From assembly GCA_021613535.1 (NCBI GenBank), contig CP075493.1:5828001-5892000 (forward strand): a stretch of DNA of 64,000 nucleotides, written 5' to 3'. The notes under the pieces are model-generated. The model saw nothing but the letters and a program-made list of their open reading frames with translations. It was not told where the DNA came from and made no database searches. The stretch's first letter is position 1, and each line of letters opens with the position of its first letter. This DNA is from Adineta vaga. Its lineage: Eukaryota; Animalia; Rotifera. The translations under genes and the position numbers were made by a program. This document shows positions 14,169 through 26,500 of this stretch, piece by piece.

Positions 14169-14639
14169 TTCTTAGCTGTTTGAGATAACAAATATAAAAT
14201 CTAATAAATACGATTCCATCTTTCGGTAATATAAAGTACAGAAGAGTTCAATTACATGTCGAATAAGAATGTCTGAGATGCATTTCTTTATGAATAAACG
14301 AATGCATAAAGATCGTAAGAATATTTGATACAGTTTCAGCTCGTTTGATTAACACGACCTAATATGGTAAGTTAGTCTTGTTCGACGAAGAATATCATAT
14401 TTAATCATATCAGTGTTGGAATTTTTACCATTCGAATGGTTGTTTTATATGGCTGAGAGGAAAAAACAACTACAATTTTCCTTGCTTTCTGTGTTTTTAT
14501 CCATTTCATTTATGAAAAGAACGGGCGAGGCGGTGGTTTTTTCCCCAGAATAAAGTTGGATAAATCCGATTTCACTCCTTCGTTCTATATAAATTCTCAT
14601 AGTTTAGAATGATAGATTTCTCAATCATCCACTTTATCA

Positions 14640-15282
14640 ATGGCTGGTACAAATAAATTGAATAAAGCTCTTTGGACAAATATTACTGAACTCAAATTAA
14701 TGAACAAAGAAGATACACCTATAAAATTCCTGTTTGATAAATCACCATTTGGTGATGATGATGATGATGACGATAGACCTGAGACAGAACAGACAGAATA
14801 TACAATTATTGGACGGATATTACCAAATTCTGATATATTTAAAGAAAGTGCATTTCAGATCGAAATGAAATTAACAAATAGGTATCCATTTGAACCTCCT
14901 GAAGTAAGATTTCTGACTCCGATCTATCATCCAAATATTACTAAAGATGGTAGGTAAATAAGAGAGTTCTGACAAATTCATATAGATATTTCAAATAATT
15001 TAAGGTAAATTTTGTCATGCATTACTAATGAGAACTGCGCGTTGGAAACCGAACACGACTCTAGTCGAAGTAGTCAAAGCTGTTGTCGAACATATTGATA
15101 ATCCAGATATTGACTATTCTGTCAATCATGGTTAGTAATCTTAATTATATGTGGAACTTTTTCATATAGGTTTTCGAAACTGTTTTTATATAGACATTGG
15201 GAAAGAATATACAGAAAGAAGAGAAGAATTCAATCGTAAAGCTTTAGCTATGATCAATAAACATAAATTATCACGAAACTAA
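14640..15282 (+). CDS. E2 ubiquitin-conjugating enzyme, UBE2L3-like, copy 1
   Basis: 3 exons; YPFEPP.VRFLTPIYHPNITKDG|KFC with catalytic Cys; WKPNT; poly-Asp insert. Confidence 0.9.
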
Positions 15283-16655
15283 AGAATGAATACTCTTAAC
15301 GACATGACATTTTTTGGCCATTATGAATGAATACGAAATAAATTTTCTAAGTATCTATATCAAGTAATAAAAACAGTACAAGATTCACTTGACAAATCAT
15401 TCTCATGACTTTGGTATGTTATTCTTTATTTCATAAATTGATCGTAATAATATGATTGAATACTTCTAATTTACGTTCATTTGATTAAGATAACGACTAT
15501 AATAGTTTTTGAATATAATTCTACAGATTGAATTACGAGTTACAACCACAATTGATTCTTTTTTGTATAATTTAATAAATCGTTCTATTGAATTATATTA
15601 GTATCATCTTTATGATGAAGAAAGATAGAAATTTGATTTACTTTTCTTCAACAACAACGTTAACAACTAGTGTGATTGATGATTAAACATTCGGAAAATA
15701 TTACAATTGTCAATTTAGTTGATAGTATTGTATCTATCGCATATCAATTTCTAATTTGTATGTTATCATAAATTTAACAAACATGTATTTGATTGATTTT
15801 TCACGCATCAATCAAAGATACGAATAACAAATCACTGTTTAAGTGTAAATTCAAACTTCGTTTAACATACTGTAAAACTATCAATTAAAACACGATAGAT
15901 CATATCTGATATTTTGATAAGCGACATCATTAAAAACTTTTGCTGTATTTAATGAGCAACATTGTCATATGTATTCAGATAAACACAAAGAATCCGTTCG
16001 ATAATCTACAAATGATGTTAAACATATAGAAATGTTTTTGAAGTACAATTACATATCTATTTTATATTGTGTCGAAAAATAAAATGAGTTTTTGCATGTA
16101 CACAATGATTCGAATTCTTTTTCTTATTGTTGTTGTTGGATATAGGCGAATCGTGAAATCGTTTTATTGTTTCTCTAATTTAGTATTTGAATTCTTTCAA
16201 ATGTACCCTTTTGCGTATAGAGTACAGTATGATCGTTTGATTTATTTACTGTCTTATTACGCATGTTTATTCCGAGAAATTTGAAGTGTATATAAGAAAG
16301 GAACGAAAAATTTTGACGCGATGTAATATCACATGAATTACATTTTCTAAAGAGAATAAAATTCGCTGGTGTTGCTAGTGAGCTGATTATACTACAAAAC
16401 AGAAGCAACATACTTGTTTTCGATGTTTCTAACCAGGATTTTTATCTTACATTTTCGTTTTATAATAACGTCTGCAAGTTACAGGTAAGAAGAAAAATAA
16501 GTCATGATTATTCGTGTACTTTGTTGATGATGAGAATGATAGAATCGTTTCAGTATGAAAGAGTACCTTTTTTCTAGGTTGATACTAGTTAGAGACAAAG
16601 CGAAAAAGAAGGTCAAATGATTTCAATGTTTGACGGTTTTTTTTAGATTAAAAAA

Positions 16656-17296
16656 ATGGCATCATCAGTATCACCGGGAGGATTGAACAAAGATCTTTAT
16701 ACTGATATAACTAGATTGAAATTATTAGATAAAGATGGTGCAGAAGTAAGATTTAAATTATTTAAAACACCATTTAGTGGTGAAGAAGAAGATGATGATT
16801 TGGATAGTCAAACCCGACAAGAATATGTGATAACTGGTTTGATCTATCCGAATTCGAAAATCTATCAAGAGCGTGCATTTGAGATCGAGATTAAATTATC
16901 AACAACATTTCCGGTTGATCCTCCTACTGTTCGTTTTCTTACTTCAATGTATCACCCCAATGTTGCTGAAGATGGTATGTAGAAATCAAATAGTTTGCTT
17001 TCAATTATATTGTTATTTATAGGTGATTTTTGTAATGAATTACTAACAAAAACTAATAAATGGACATCAAAAACATCGTTAGTTGAAATTATTAAAATAG
17101 TTGTTCAACATATCGATGAACCTGATGATACCAATCCAATTCGACCAGGTTAATAATTAACTTGATTCAATCATTTTTAATCTAAATATAATTTATTTTC
17201 TATTTAGCTGTGGGTGTTGAATATAAAAATGATCGTGCTCTGTTCGAAAAGAATGCAAAAGAACATGTTTTGAAATATGGTCAACCACGTACCTAG
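16656..17296 (+). CDS. E2, UBE2L3-like, copy 2
   Basis: 3 exons; FPVDPP..MYHPNVAEDG|DFC; ends FEKNAKEHVLKYGQPRT, similar to the UBE2L3 C-terminal helix. Confidence 0.9.
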
Positions 17297-17899
17297 ATTT
17301 CTTTTATCAACATTCCAATGATCGATAAAAGACATTTTTAATAAGTTACCTTAACCAAACACACTCATACCTAACCTTTTTTTTATAAATAGTTATCAGC
17401 TTCTATTGATCAAAGTATTAAACACTAATAAAATCTGGAATTAACATGTATCGATTTTCTTATACTATGTTCAGAAGTAATTGCCGATTGAGTTTGGTAA
17501 CATCTGTTGAGTATATGATCTTGATCTTAATGCATAATTCAACCATTCTTCAAAATTTTACATTGTAAGCAAACATAATCCTCCGAATCACAAAAGTGTT
17601 TCTTTTCAATATGTATTTCGATCTGTTATTTGTTTTCTCTAGTCAATTGATTATTCGTACGCGAATTTTTTCGTCATAATCGTATTTGTATTGACTAATA
17701 TTTCTGTGAATAATCACATACGTATTCATGTACAGTTACTTTCTCAATACTAATATATCTTCTCTTTCATTTTTCTCTTATATTCTGCACTTGAAAACAA
17801 TCTAATTAGTATGATGGAAATATCCTTAAATAAAGTAATACTATAAATACTAAAGAGCAGCACTAAATCGTACGATTGTCCTGTTTCTGATCGTTAAAT

Positions 17900-18528
17900 A
17901 TGGCTCAACAAAAATTGAATCAGTTACTCAAAACACAGATCAGTGAATTAAAATCATTCGCAAATGCAAACGATGCATCCGGCATATTTATCCTGGATAC
18001 AATCTCGTGTAGTGAAGAAGAAATAGAAAATCTAGTGGAACCACAAGAACATACTATTTGTGGACGAATCTTTCCAAAGTCAGCTGTTTTCAAAGATAGT
18101 GCATTTAAAATTGAAATCAAACTATCAATGTTTCATCCATTTTATCCACCTAAAGTGCGGTTTCTTACTCCAATCTATCATCTAAATGTTAGTAAAGATG
18201 GTAAGATCGTTTTCAAAACTGTACAAACGAATAATAATATATGTTTATATTTCCATTTAGGTGAATTTGATCATGAATTGTTACAAAAAACAGCACGATG
18301 GTCCAATAATACATCTTTAATAGATGCTATCAAAGCTATTGTTGATCGTATTGATAATCCTGAAATATATTCTGCGTTAAATAATGGTATTGTACATTGT
18401 TAAGATTAGATAGCATGACATTTTTCTTGCATTTTTTTTATATAGATGCAGCAAAAGAATATATGGAGAATCGTGATGAGTATACTCGGAAAGTATTGGA
18501 AATAGTACAATCTCAGGCATTGCACTAA
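17900..18528 (+). CDS. E2-fold protein, copy 3, lacking the catalytic Cys (UEV-like)
   Basis: Same two intron positions as the paralogues; YHLNVSKDG|EFDH (HPN to HLN, Cys to Asp). Confidence 0.85.
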
Positions 18529-19129
18529 CATTGAATTCACTATTTCGTTTACATAATCGAGAATATACATCGTTGATGAATGGATATATCAAGAGTCTTA
18601 TACATTTTAATCATGATTTAAATATATTGAGTACATGTCTAGCATAATTTTGTTTTTCTTATCTTTGATAATAAAGAAAAATAATTGCGATTCATTAATG
18701 AAAAATAAAGACTATTTTTGACATATAGACAATTTTAATTTGAATTCTCTAAGCCAATTTTTTTGCAATTTAGTAACATTAATCAAATAAAATCGATGAT
18801 ATTGATTTGAAAAATAAAATGTTTTTATAGTAAGACTCGTTAGCTTTTCTTTTTCTCTATGCTATCTACCTTAATTACAAATAGGTTTTCATTGGTTTAA
18901 TATTTCAGCCAATGAAAAAAGTAGGTTTTTTTGTTTTAGAAATGTATTCTATGTTGGAAATTTCTTCGTATGGTGACATTGCATAAATATTATATTCATC
19001 ACTTTTGAAGAAAGAAATAAATAAAAAGAGTAATTTTTTTATTATTTTCAGTATTGCATATATCGAGCTGGGGAAAAGATTCATAGAAAATCATGTTATT
19101 TCTCTCTTGTTTTTGTAGATTGTTGCAAA

Positions 19130-19766
19130 ATGTCTGACTCAAAACGGACGGTGTTGATTTACAAAGAAATGGCTAGATTAAAACTGTGTAACAAAGATAA
19201 TGGACCAGTACGATTTTTACTTGAAAAATCACCATTTAATGATGACGATGACGATGATGATGACGCATGTAAAAGCGTAGACTCAAAAGAATGTTCAGCC
19301 ATTGGACAAATATTTCCAATTTCTGAAATGTACAAGGATGCTGCTTATCGAATTGAAATCAAACTGTCAACAACTTATCCACTCACTCCACCTGAAATCA
19401 AGTTTCTTACTCCAATTTATCATCCAAATGTGGATCCAGAAAGTGGTTAGTAAAAGTATAATGTTTAGTTCAAAATTCTATGTCTCTTTATAGGAGTTCT
19501 TTGCGATGCTTCAATACTTACTACTGCTACATACACACCAAAAATGTCATTAGTCGATATTATTGAAGCTGTTATAAAATGCATTGATGAACCTAATTGT
19601 GATAAACCTGTTCGAGCAGGTTGGTGTAGTCTTATTGTTCGCTAGTTTCTTGAAGAAAAACTTTCCTTTTCTTTCTTTAGCATTGGGCGTAGAATATGTC
19701 AATGATCGAGCAACATTTAGTAATGCTCAAATGGAAGCTAGGAAAAGCGGTTTACCTCGTACATAA
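19130..19766 (+). CDS. E2, UBE2L3-like, copy 4
   Basis: 3 exons; YPLTPP..YHPNVDPES|GVLC; poly-Asp insert; ends KSGLPRT. Confidence 0.88.
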
Positions 19767-20290
19767 GCTTTTCCACACATTTCTCTTCTTCTTTGCAAAC
19801 GTGAACAATAAAAACACTAATATAATTCATTTTCTTTGATTGACACCAATTCGAATTTATCCTGAACATATGTTCATATATCACTCCATTTATTTTCCTA
19901 TTATTTTTTTGTAGTTCACTAGTTATCATATATTAAACACTACAATGTCATTATTTCTTACACCATCTTCAATGTAAAATCATCTGTATTAAAATTTTGT
20001 TCTATTCACGAAATTATCCGAAGGAATATGTTTAAACTGTAGAACATTTTTGAGTTTATTCGATGATTTGAAAATAAACGGAAGTAGCAGCCAAAAATGT
20101 ACCTGCACACATGATCGACGATAAAAACAAAACTTCTCTAATGATGTCGCTGGTGCCGGTCTCTTTTTGCATTCGCTTTACAATTGAGCGAATTACATCC
20201 AAGAATTGAGTTTTTTTTTTACTACTACTCAGAATTTTTAATACATTCCATTGCGAAGTATTACTTGAATTTATTTTGGATTACAAGAAA

Positions 20291-20926
20291 ATGGCTGAAT
20301 CGAAATTGAACAAAGTTCTTTATACACAAATCACTGATTTAAAACTCTGTAATAAAAAAGAACCACCAATGCGATTTATACTCGAACAATCACCTTTCAA
20401 CGATGACGACGAGGATGATGATTGCAAACCAAGTACTGCCAGTACTACTGATAAAGAATATTCAGTTATTGGACGAATATTTCCAATATCTGAAATATTT
20501 AAAGAAGCTTCATATAAGATTGAGATGAAATTATCAAAAACATATCCTGTCACACCACCTGACGTTCGTTTTCTGACACCTATTTATCATCCAAATGTAG
20601 CAAAAGATGGTATTATTCATTTTTCTAAAATGACTCCCTAATATTCAGATGTTTTGATCGAGGTGCATTTTGTCATGAACTATTAAAAAAACAGTGGAAT
20701 GGGAATTAAAGACAACTTTGATCGATGTAGTCAAAGCTGTTGTTAATCGAATTGATAATCTGGATGTTGAATATTCGTTTAGTCCCGGTACGTCATTTGT
20801 TTTTGATCAATTTTAGAATTATATTATGACTTTTTAGAATTGGGCAAAGAGTACAATGACAATCAAGAAGAATTCAAAGGTAAAGCAGCAGAGTTTGTTC
20901 GAAAACATGGATTAGCACGAGATTAA
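20291..20926 (+). CDS. E2, UBE2L3-like, copy 5 (1-nt frameshift in exon 2: pseudogene or assembly error)
   Basis: YHPNVAKDG|AFCHELLKK then a premature TAA. Adding one A to the A7 run at 20685-20691 restores TVEWELKTTLIDVVKAVV..KHGLARD*. Confidence 0.8.
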
Positions 20927-22053
20927 TTTATCTTAATCAGAGACTTCATGTGTTGTATTGATCTTGATTTCTTCATTTACTGAAAACGCATATTCTCATT
21001 CACGTTCTCTCCTGTAATTATTATTATTTTAAATAAATAAAAAAACAAACGATTTTTTAGTCTAATTTTGTATTGAATAGGATTGGATTCGATATTACGA
21101 TGGATAAAGTCACAAACGTTGGTTTTCTTCTTTCTATCATTTGCTAATGACTCAAAATAGAAACCAATCGTTATTTACTTTATTTACTTTCGTATAAAAA
21201 CTCATATCATGTTCCGATTATCAACATAATTTCCATTTATCGTAAATTTAAGTGATGTTCTGAAAGAATTAGTCGATCATTCTGATTGGAACTCCTTAGT
21301 TAACGAAGGTTTGAGTTTTGGTTTGTGTGTATTTACTCAATTATATTTTGAATTTTTCAAGTGTTTATTCTTTCTGTCCAAAACATTTTACAAATGATAA
21401 TTGCGTTTAATTAGCTATCAATTCTACATTGAGAATAATAAAAATAAGAAGAATCATACGTTTGTCTATAATATGTGAGAGTCATCAAAACGATTGAAGT
21501 ATATTTCAATTGATTTAATTATGGTTTTAATCGTTTCAGATTCTTAGTAGTGTTAGAAAACAACATTAGTTTCTATTTTCATATCGAATGCAGCGACGTT
21601 ATTCCATTGGTTAACATATTGTTCTCATCATTCGTTCTTTTTTTAATATATATATATACATTGTGTCATTTGGTTGTTTTTTCGAGAAAAATCCAATTTT
21701 ATGTTTTTCTTTTCTTTTTTTCTATTTAAAAAAGCAAATTTTTATACTCAGCATACATCTACTCGACAGCTTCTTTTTTTCTCCAACTTCTTCACATTAT
21801 TTTCGTATTTGTTATTAATACGATAGCTCTAAAGAGAGAATTGCACAATCGCTCGGAAATTCTCTCTTGAGTAATAATTATTTTTACAGGTATAGTTATA
21901 TCTACATTAAAATCTATAGACACCTACTTCAGAAAAAAGAACGAAGTCCATCCCTCGTAGAGTCACAAGGCGTAAAACTATAACAATCAAATGGCGAATA
22001 GTTAATAAAAATTCCAGTTTTTTCTTTTCCTTTTTAGATAAAAAAAAATTATC

Positions 22054-22605
22054 ATGGCAGGATCGGGAACGAACAGACGCATATTAAGTGAATTAACTAG
22101 ACTTCAAGGTTTATCAACAAACAGCGACGTGAAATTTCTTCTTGATAAATCACCTGCAGATGATCCTTCATCAAGTTTAATTCTCGGAAGAATTTTACCA
22201 AAATCAAACATTTACAATCAGGCAGCTTTTCAGATAGAAATTAAATTGCTACCAGAATATCCATTTAAAGCACCTGAACTTCGTTTTATTACACCAATTT
22301 ATCATCCAAATGTTGATGATAAAGGAAAAATTTGTGTTGATATACTCAATGCAAATGATGGCTTTAAACCAACAACACCTTTAACAGATGTTGTCAAGGC
22401 TGTCACTAATTTGATTGATAATCCAAATATCGATCATGCACTTAGTCCTGGTATGTAATTGCTTTTAAGAAAATGAATGTTTATTTTAACTTGTTTTTCT
22501 CTATTGTTTTTTAAAGAAATTGCTGCCGAATACACACAAAATAAGTCCACATTTGAACGTAAAGCATTAGATATGGTAAAAAAACATGGTTTACCACGAC
22601 AATAG
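22054..22605 (+). CDS. E2, UBE2L3-like, copy 6 (most canonical)
   Basis: 2 exons; AFQIEIKLLPEYPFKAP..IYHPNVDDKGKIC..FKPTT..IDHAL..EIAAEY; no acidic insert. Confidence 0.92.
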
Positions 22606-22946
22606 ATATAAAAAAGCTAACTTTCCACGTTTTTCTTTTTCTTTCTTCCGGTTTGTCTCTTCTTCTTTTTCAAATAATTGTTGTGTGATTTCAATATGTA
22701 AAAGAAAAAAAAATCGTGTTCATGCTTAATATCTTATTCATTTTCTTTGAATATTCAAACAAGAGATCAGTATTGATTTTTTATTATTGATGATTTATAG
22801 AAAAATAAAGAACAAAAGACGTCACATGACGATGTTGTGTTTATTATTTACAGAAAAAACTTTCATTCACTTGAAATAAGTGTGAATACGATTCTTAAAC
22901 TTTGAGTCATTCAATGACATGAACTAACTATATACATCTGTTTTAG

Positions 22947-23456
22947 ATGGCATCAAAACATATACGTTTACTGAAAGATCTCGCACATATTGATGAAACA
23001 TTTCAATCCAATCGATTATTTTTTATTAAGAAAAAAATCGATGCATCAACTTGTGATGCAATTCATGAAACAGATTTAACGCATCCAATATTTATCTATA
23101 CACCACAACAATCGCCTTATATCGGTGGAGAATTTGAATTAGAAATAAGTCTACCACTTGATTATCCATCGACGACACCACGTGTGAAATTTCGTACACC
23201 AATTTATAGTCCAATTGTTGATGAATCAGGTGTAATATCATGTTTACCTATACTTCAACGATGGCAATCATATCCAATTAGTTCCATTCAATTACGAGAT
23301 ATACTTGTAGAAATTGATTATTATATAACACATTTAGAAGATGTTGATGAACCTCATCGACCAGCTCTACTTATCGAATGGAATGATGATCCGACAAAAT
23401 TTACGAAAACAGCTGAACAACAAACGAAAGAATTAGCTAAACCACAAAAACGATAA
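22947..23456 (+). CDS. Divergent intronless E2-fold protein, copy 7
   Basis: SPYIGGEFELEISLPLDYP..PRVKFRTPIYSPIVDESGVISCL: UBC fold with HPN replaced by SPI and a Cys retained near the active-site position. Confidence 0.85.
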   Translation: MASKHIRLLKDLAHIDETFQSNRLFFIKKKIDASTCDAIHETDLTHPIFIYTPQQSPYIGGEFELEISLPLDYPSTTPRVKFRTPIYSPIVDESGVISCLPILQRWQSYPISSIQLRDILVEIDYYITHLEDVDEPHRPALLIEWNDDPTKFTKTAEQQTKELAKPQKR

Positions 23457-23555
23457 GAAAAAGATCCGATTGTTCGATTCATAATCATTGATGTTTCTAG
23501 TCCATATTTATCGTAATTTGTTTGATGTTGTTTTGTATGTATTGTATATTTCTAG

Positions 23556-26500
23556 ATGAGTGAACTTGATATGAACGAACAAATGACATATGCCACGGCG
23601 ACATGGCGTGTGTTTGATGAAATTACGTACAAGTATGTTTTCATTCGAATGTTAGAATTTCAGTTTATTGAAGAATACTTACATCTAGCTAGATATCTAT
23701 GAAGATGAGGAATTCTCGATACTGTTTGTTTTTCTTTTAGGAAAATGGAAACAAGTAACATCACTGATTATTCAGCTCAATTTCGAGATACTCGTAGTTC
23801 AACGGGAGATACAATCAAACCATTTGTTGCTATGGCTCCGTGCGGAGGACCAATTGGTAAGGACTAAAATGATATTCAAATATATGTGATATAATATTTC
23901 TGTTCATATAGCATTTGTTTATAAAAGACCATCACTAAATACAAATGATGTTAAATATACAATAATAATACAAAATTTACCAAAACCTGGAACTAAACTT
24001 AAAGAAGTAATCAATGTTTGAAGTATTTAAAGAAATTCCTTTATTTTTCAATGCCTGTTTAGTTTGATCGTGGAGTTATTATACTTGTCGATTGGACAAT
24101 TAACGAAGATTTATTATTAGTAACTGAAGATGGTAAATATCATATTATTAATATCTTTCATTATAATACAAATAATGATGTATCCAAACAACTCGGCGAA
24201 GTGAGTTATCTCGTAGAATTATTTCATTCGAATATCTTTCGTTTGAATCTTCTAGTCCGTATCAACCATCAGCAGTGCATGTACATTTAAAACAACTCAA
24301 GGTACCGGTTTAGTTGTTTTCACTAAAAATCAAGAAAGTTTCACTACTGTGAAAAACGTCTACAGTCCAATCATTCAAACCATATCACTTGGTAAGATGA
24401 AATAATTATTCGACTCATTCGATTCTATTCAAACACATTTAGGTGCCGATCTTCGTTCACCAATTTCAGCGTGGTGTGTTATTGATCATGCTGACCTTAC
24501 TATTGCCTATGCATATGATAATGTTATAACAACATGTGGTGCAACGTCAAGACGAGATCAAGTAGAATGAGAATTTTCTATTCTTTTCGAAAACGAAATA
24601 GATTCAATTTTTTTTCTTGCTTATAGCAAACCATTCCGGGAATTACAGATACAATTATTAAATTAGTATCAAGTAGTAATTATAAAAGTATAGCTGTATT
24701 ACGAGATAATGGTGAAGTATTCATTGGTTTAAAAGAAAATATTGGATATCCACAATCATTTGTATTAAAATATGCTAATAGTACTGATAAAGTCAAAATT
24801 ACAGATATTGCTTGGTATGATATCTATATATTTGGAATGCTTTTTTTTGGATAGAAAAAGCTTTCATTAAGGTCTGCATCTGATACAGTCATTGGGATTC
24901 GATCAAGTTCAAAAACTTGGTTTGATCTATTGATTATCAATGGAAAACATTCACAACCGATGAGGTTTGCATTTTTTTGTTGCTGTAGTTCAATCAATAC
25001 TAAATATCTGTTTTTTAGTGAGAAAAGTCGACAAGCAATTACTGATGATACGTGAGTACTGAATATTTATCTATCCTATTCATTAAAGATCATGTTTAGT
25101 CTTTGTTATACATCTCCTGTTTGGTTATCAACTGAAATCGATGGTATTCGAATTATTTCCGGTCGAACACTTGATTTCTTTCAACGTTTACCAAATGAAC
25201 TTTATAGTGTCTTTCATTTAATGTCCGATAGTCCTGGTGCTAAACTTTATTCTGCTTATATGAATTATAAAGTAATCAATTCTATCAAAAGATTCTTTGT
25301 CAATATTATTAAAACATTTCTTTAGTATCAAAATCAAATGGCTGAAATGTTATTGAGTCAATTGAAATCATCTCGAACGACAAATTCACTTGAAGAAGCT
25401 GTTAAACAATGCATATCAGCAGCATCCAATGAACATGATCCATCAATTCAAAAGATTCTTCTTAAAGTAAAACAGTGAATAAAAACCATGACAATTTTGA
25501 AATTTCATTTTCTCCAATAGGCTGCGCTTTTCGGCCGTTCATTTCTCTGTGTTAATTTAAATAATCCCAAAACATCTGTGCGTCCCACAGTATCCGTTAT
25601 CAATGATTTATGTACAAATACAATTCGTAATTTACATCTAGTCAATAATTTACAACATATTAACATTTCAATTCCAATAACATATAGACAGTTTGTTATT
25701 CAAGATTTGTTTTCTATCTTTTATAGAATTTATTTGTTTCAGATTTGAATTACTTGGTACACGTATTCTAATAGATCGTTTACTTCGTCGTAATTTACAT
25801 GATTTTGCTACACGTGTAACGAAATTATTACGTATGCCACCAGAAGAAGGTGAAAATCGAATTCTAGTACAATGGGCTGTACAAGAAGTTTGTAATTGAA
25901 AGATTTATTCAATAGATTTCTAATCAATCATATTTAGCTTAATAATCCTGCAAATACAAATGAAGAAATAATTGCTGAAACGATCAAAAAACGTCTTGCT
26001 GATGTGCCTGGTATCCCATTTATCGATATTGTCAAAGCTGCAAATCAAGCAAAGAAATATATTGTTGCCGAACGAGTATGTAAAAGATATTTGAAAAGAA
26101 ATTCTTTACAATCGAATGTTTTTCAATTTAGTTATTAGATGTAAAAGTTAGTCTTAGTGATCAAATTGATATGTTATTAATGTTAAATAAAAGACAAGAA
26201 GCTTTACAAAAAGCACTTGCTTGTGGTGATACTGATTTAGGTAAGAAATCGATTTTCTTTCTGAAAGATTTATTTTTCTATTTCTCTAGCTCTTTTTGTC
26301 TTGATGAGAATAAAATCGAGTGGTGATGTTAATCTCACTGATTTTAATTTACAATTAGCTAAATTAAAAACATTACCATTGAATTTATTATTACAAGTAA
26401 GAAAAATCGTAAAATAGATAATAATGTCAATTGATTTGTTAGTGTTTGGAAGAACGTGATCGAAATAATTTACATAATGAATTGAGAAAACAAACTTCAA

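Noticed and set aside
18201-18260. Stop-free 60-nt intron in E2 copy 3 that would add a Cys if retained
   Set aside because: It is at the same position as the intron in four paralogues, has canonical ends, and the Cys would be out of register; most likely chance.
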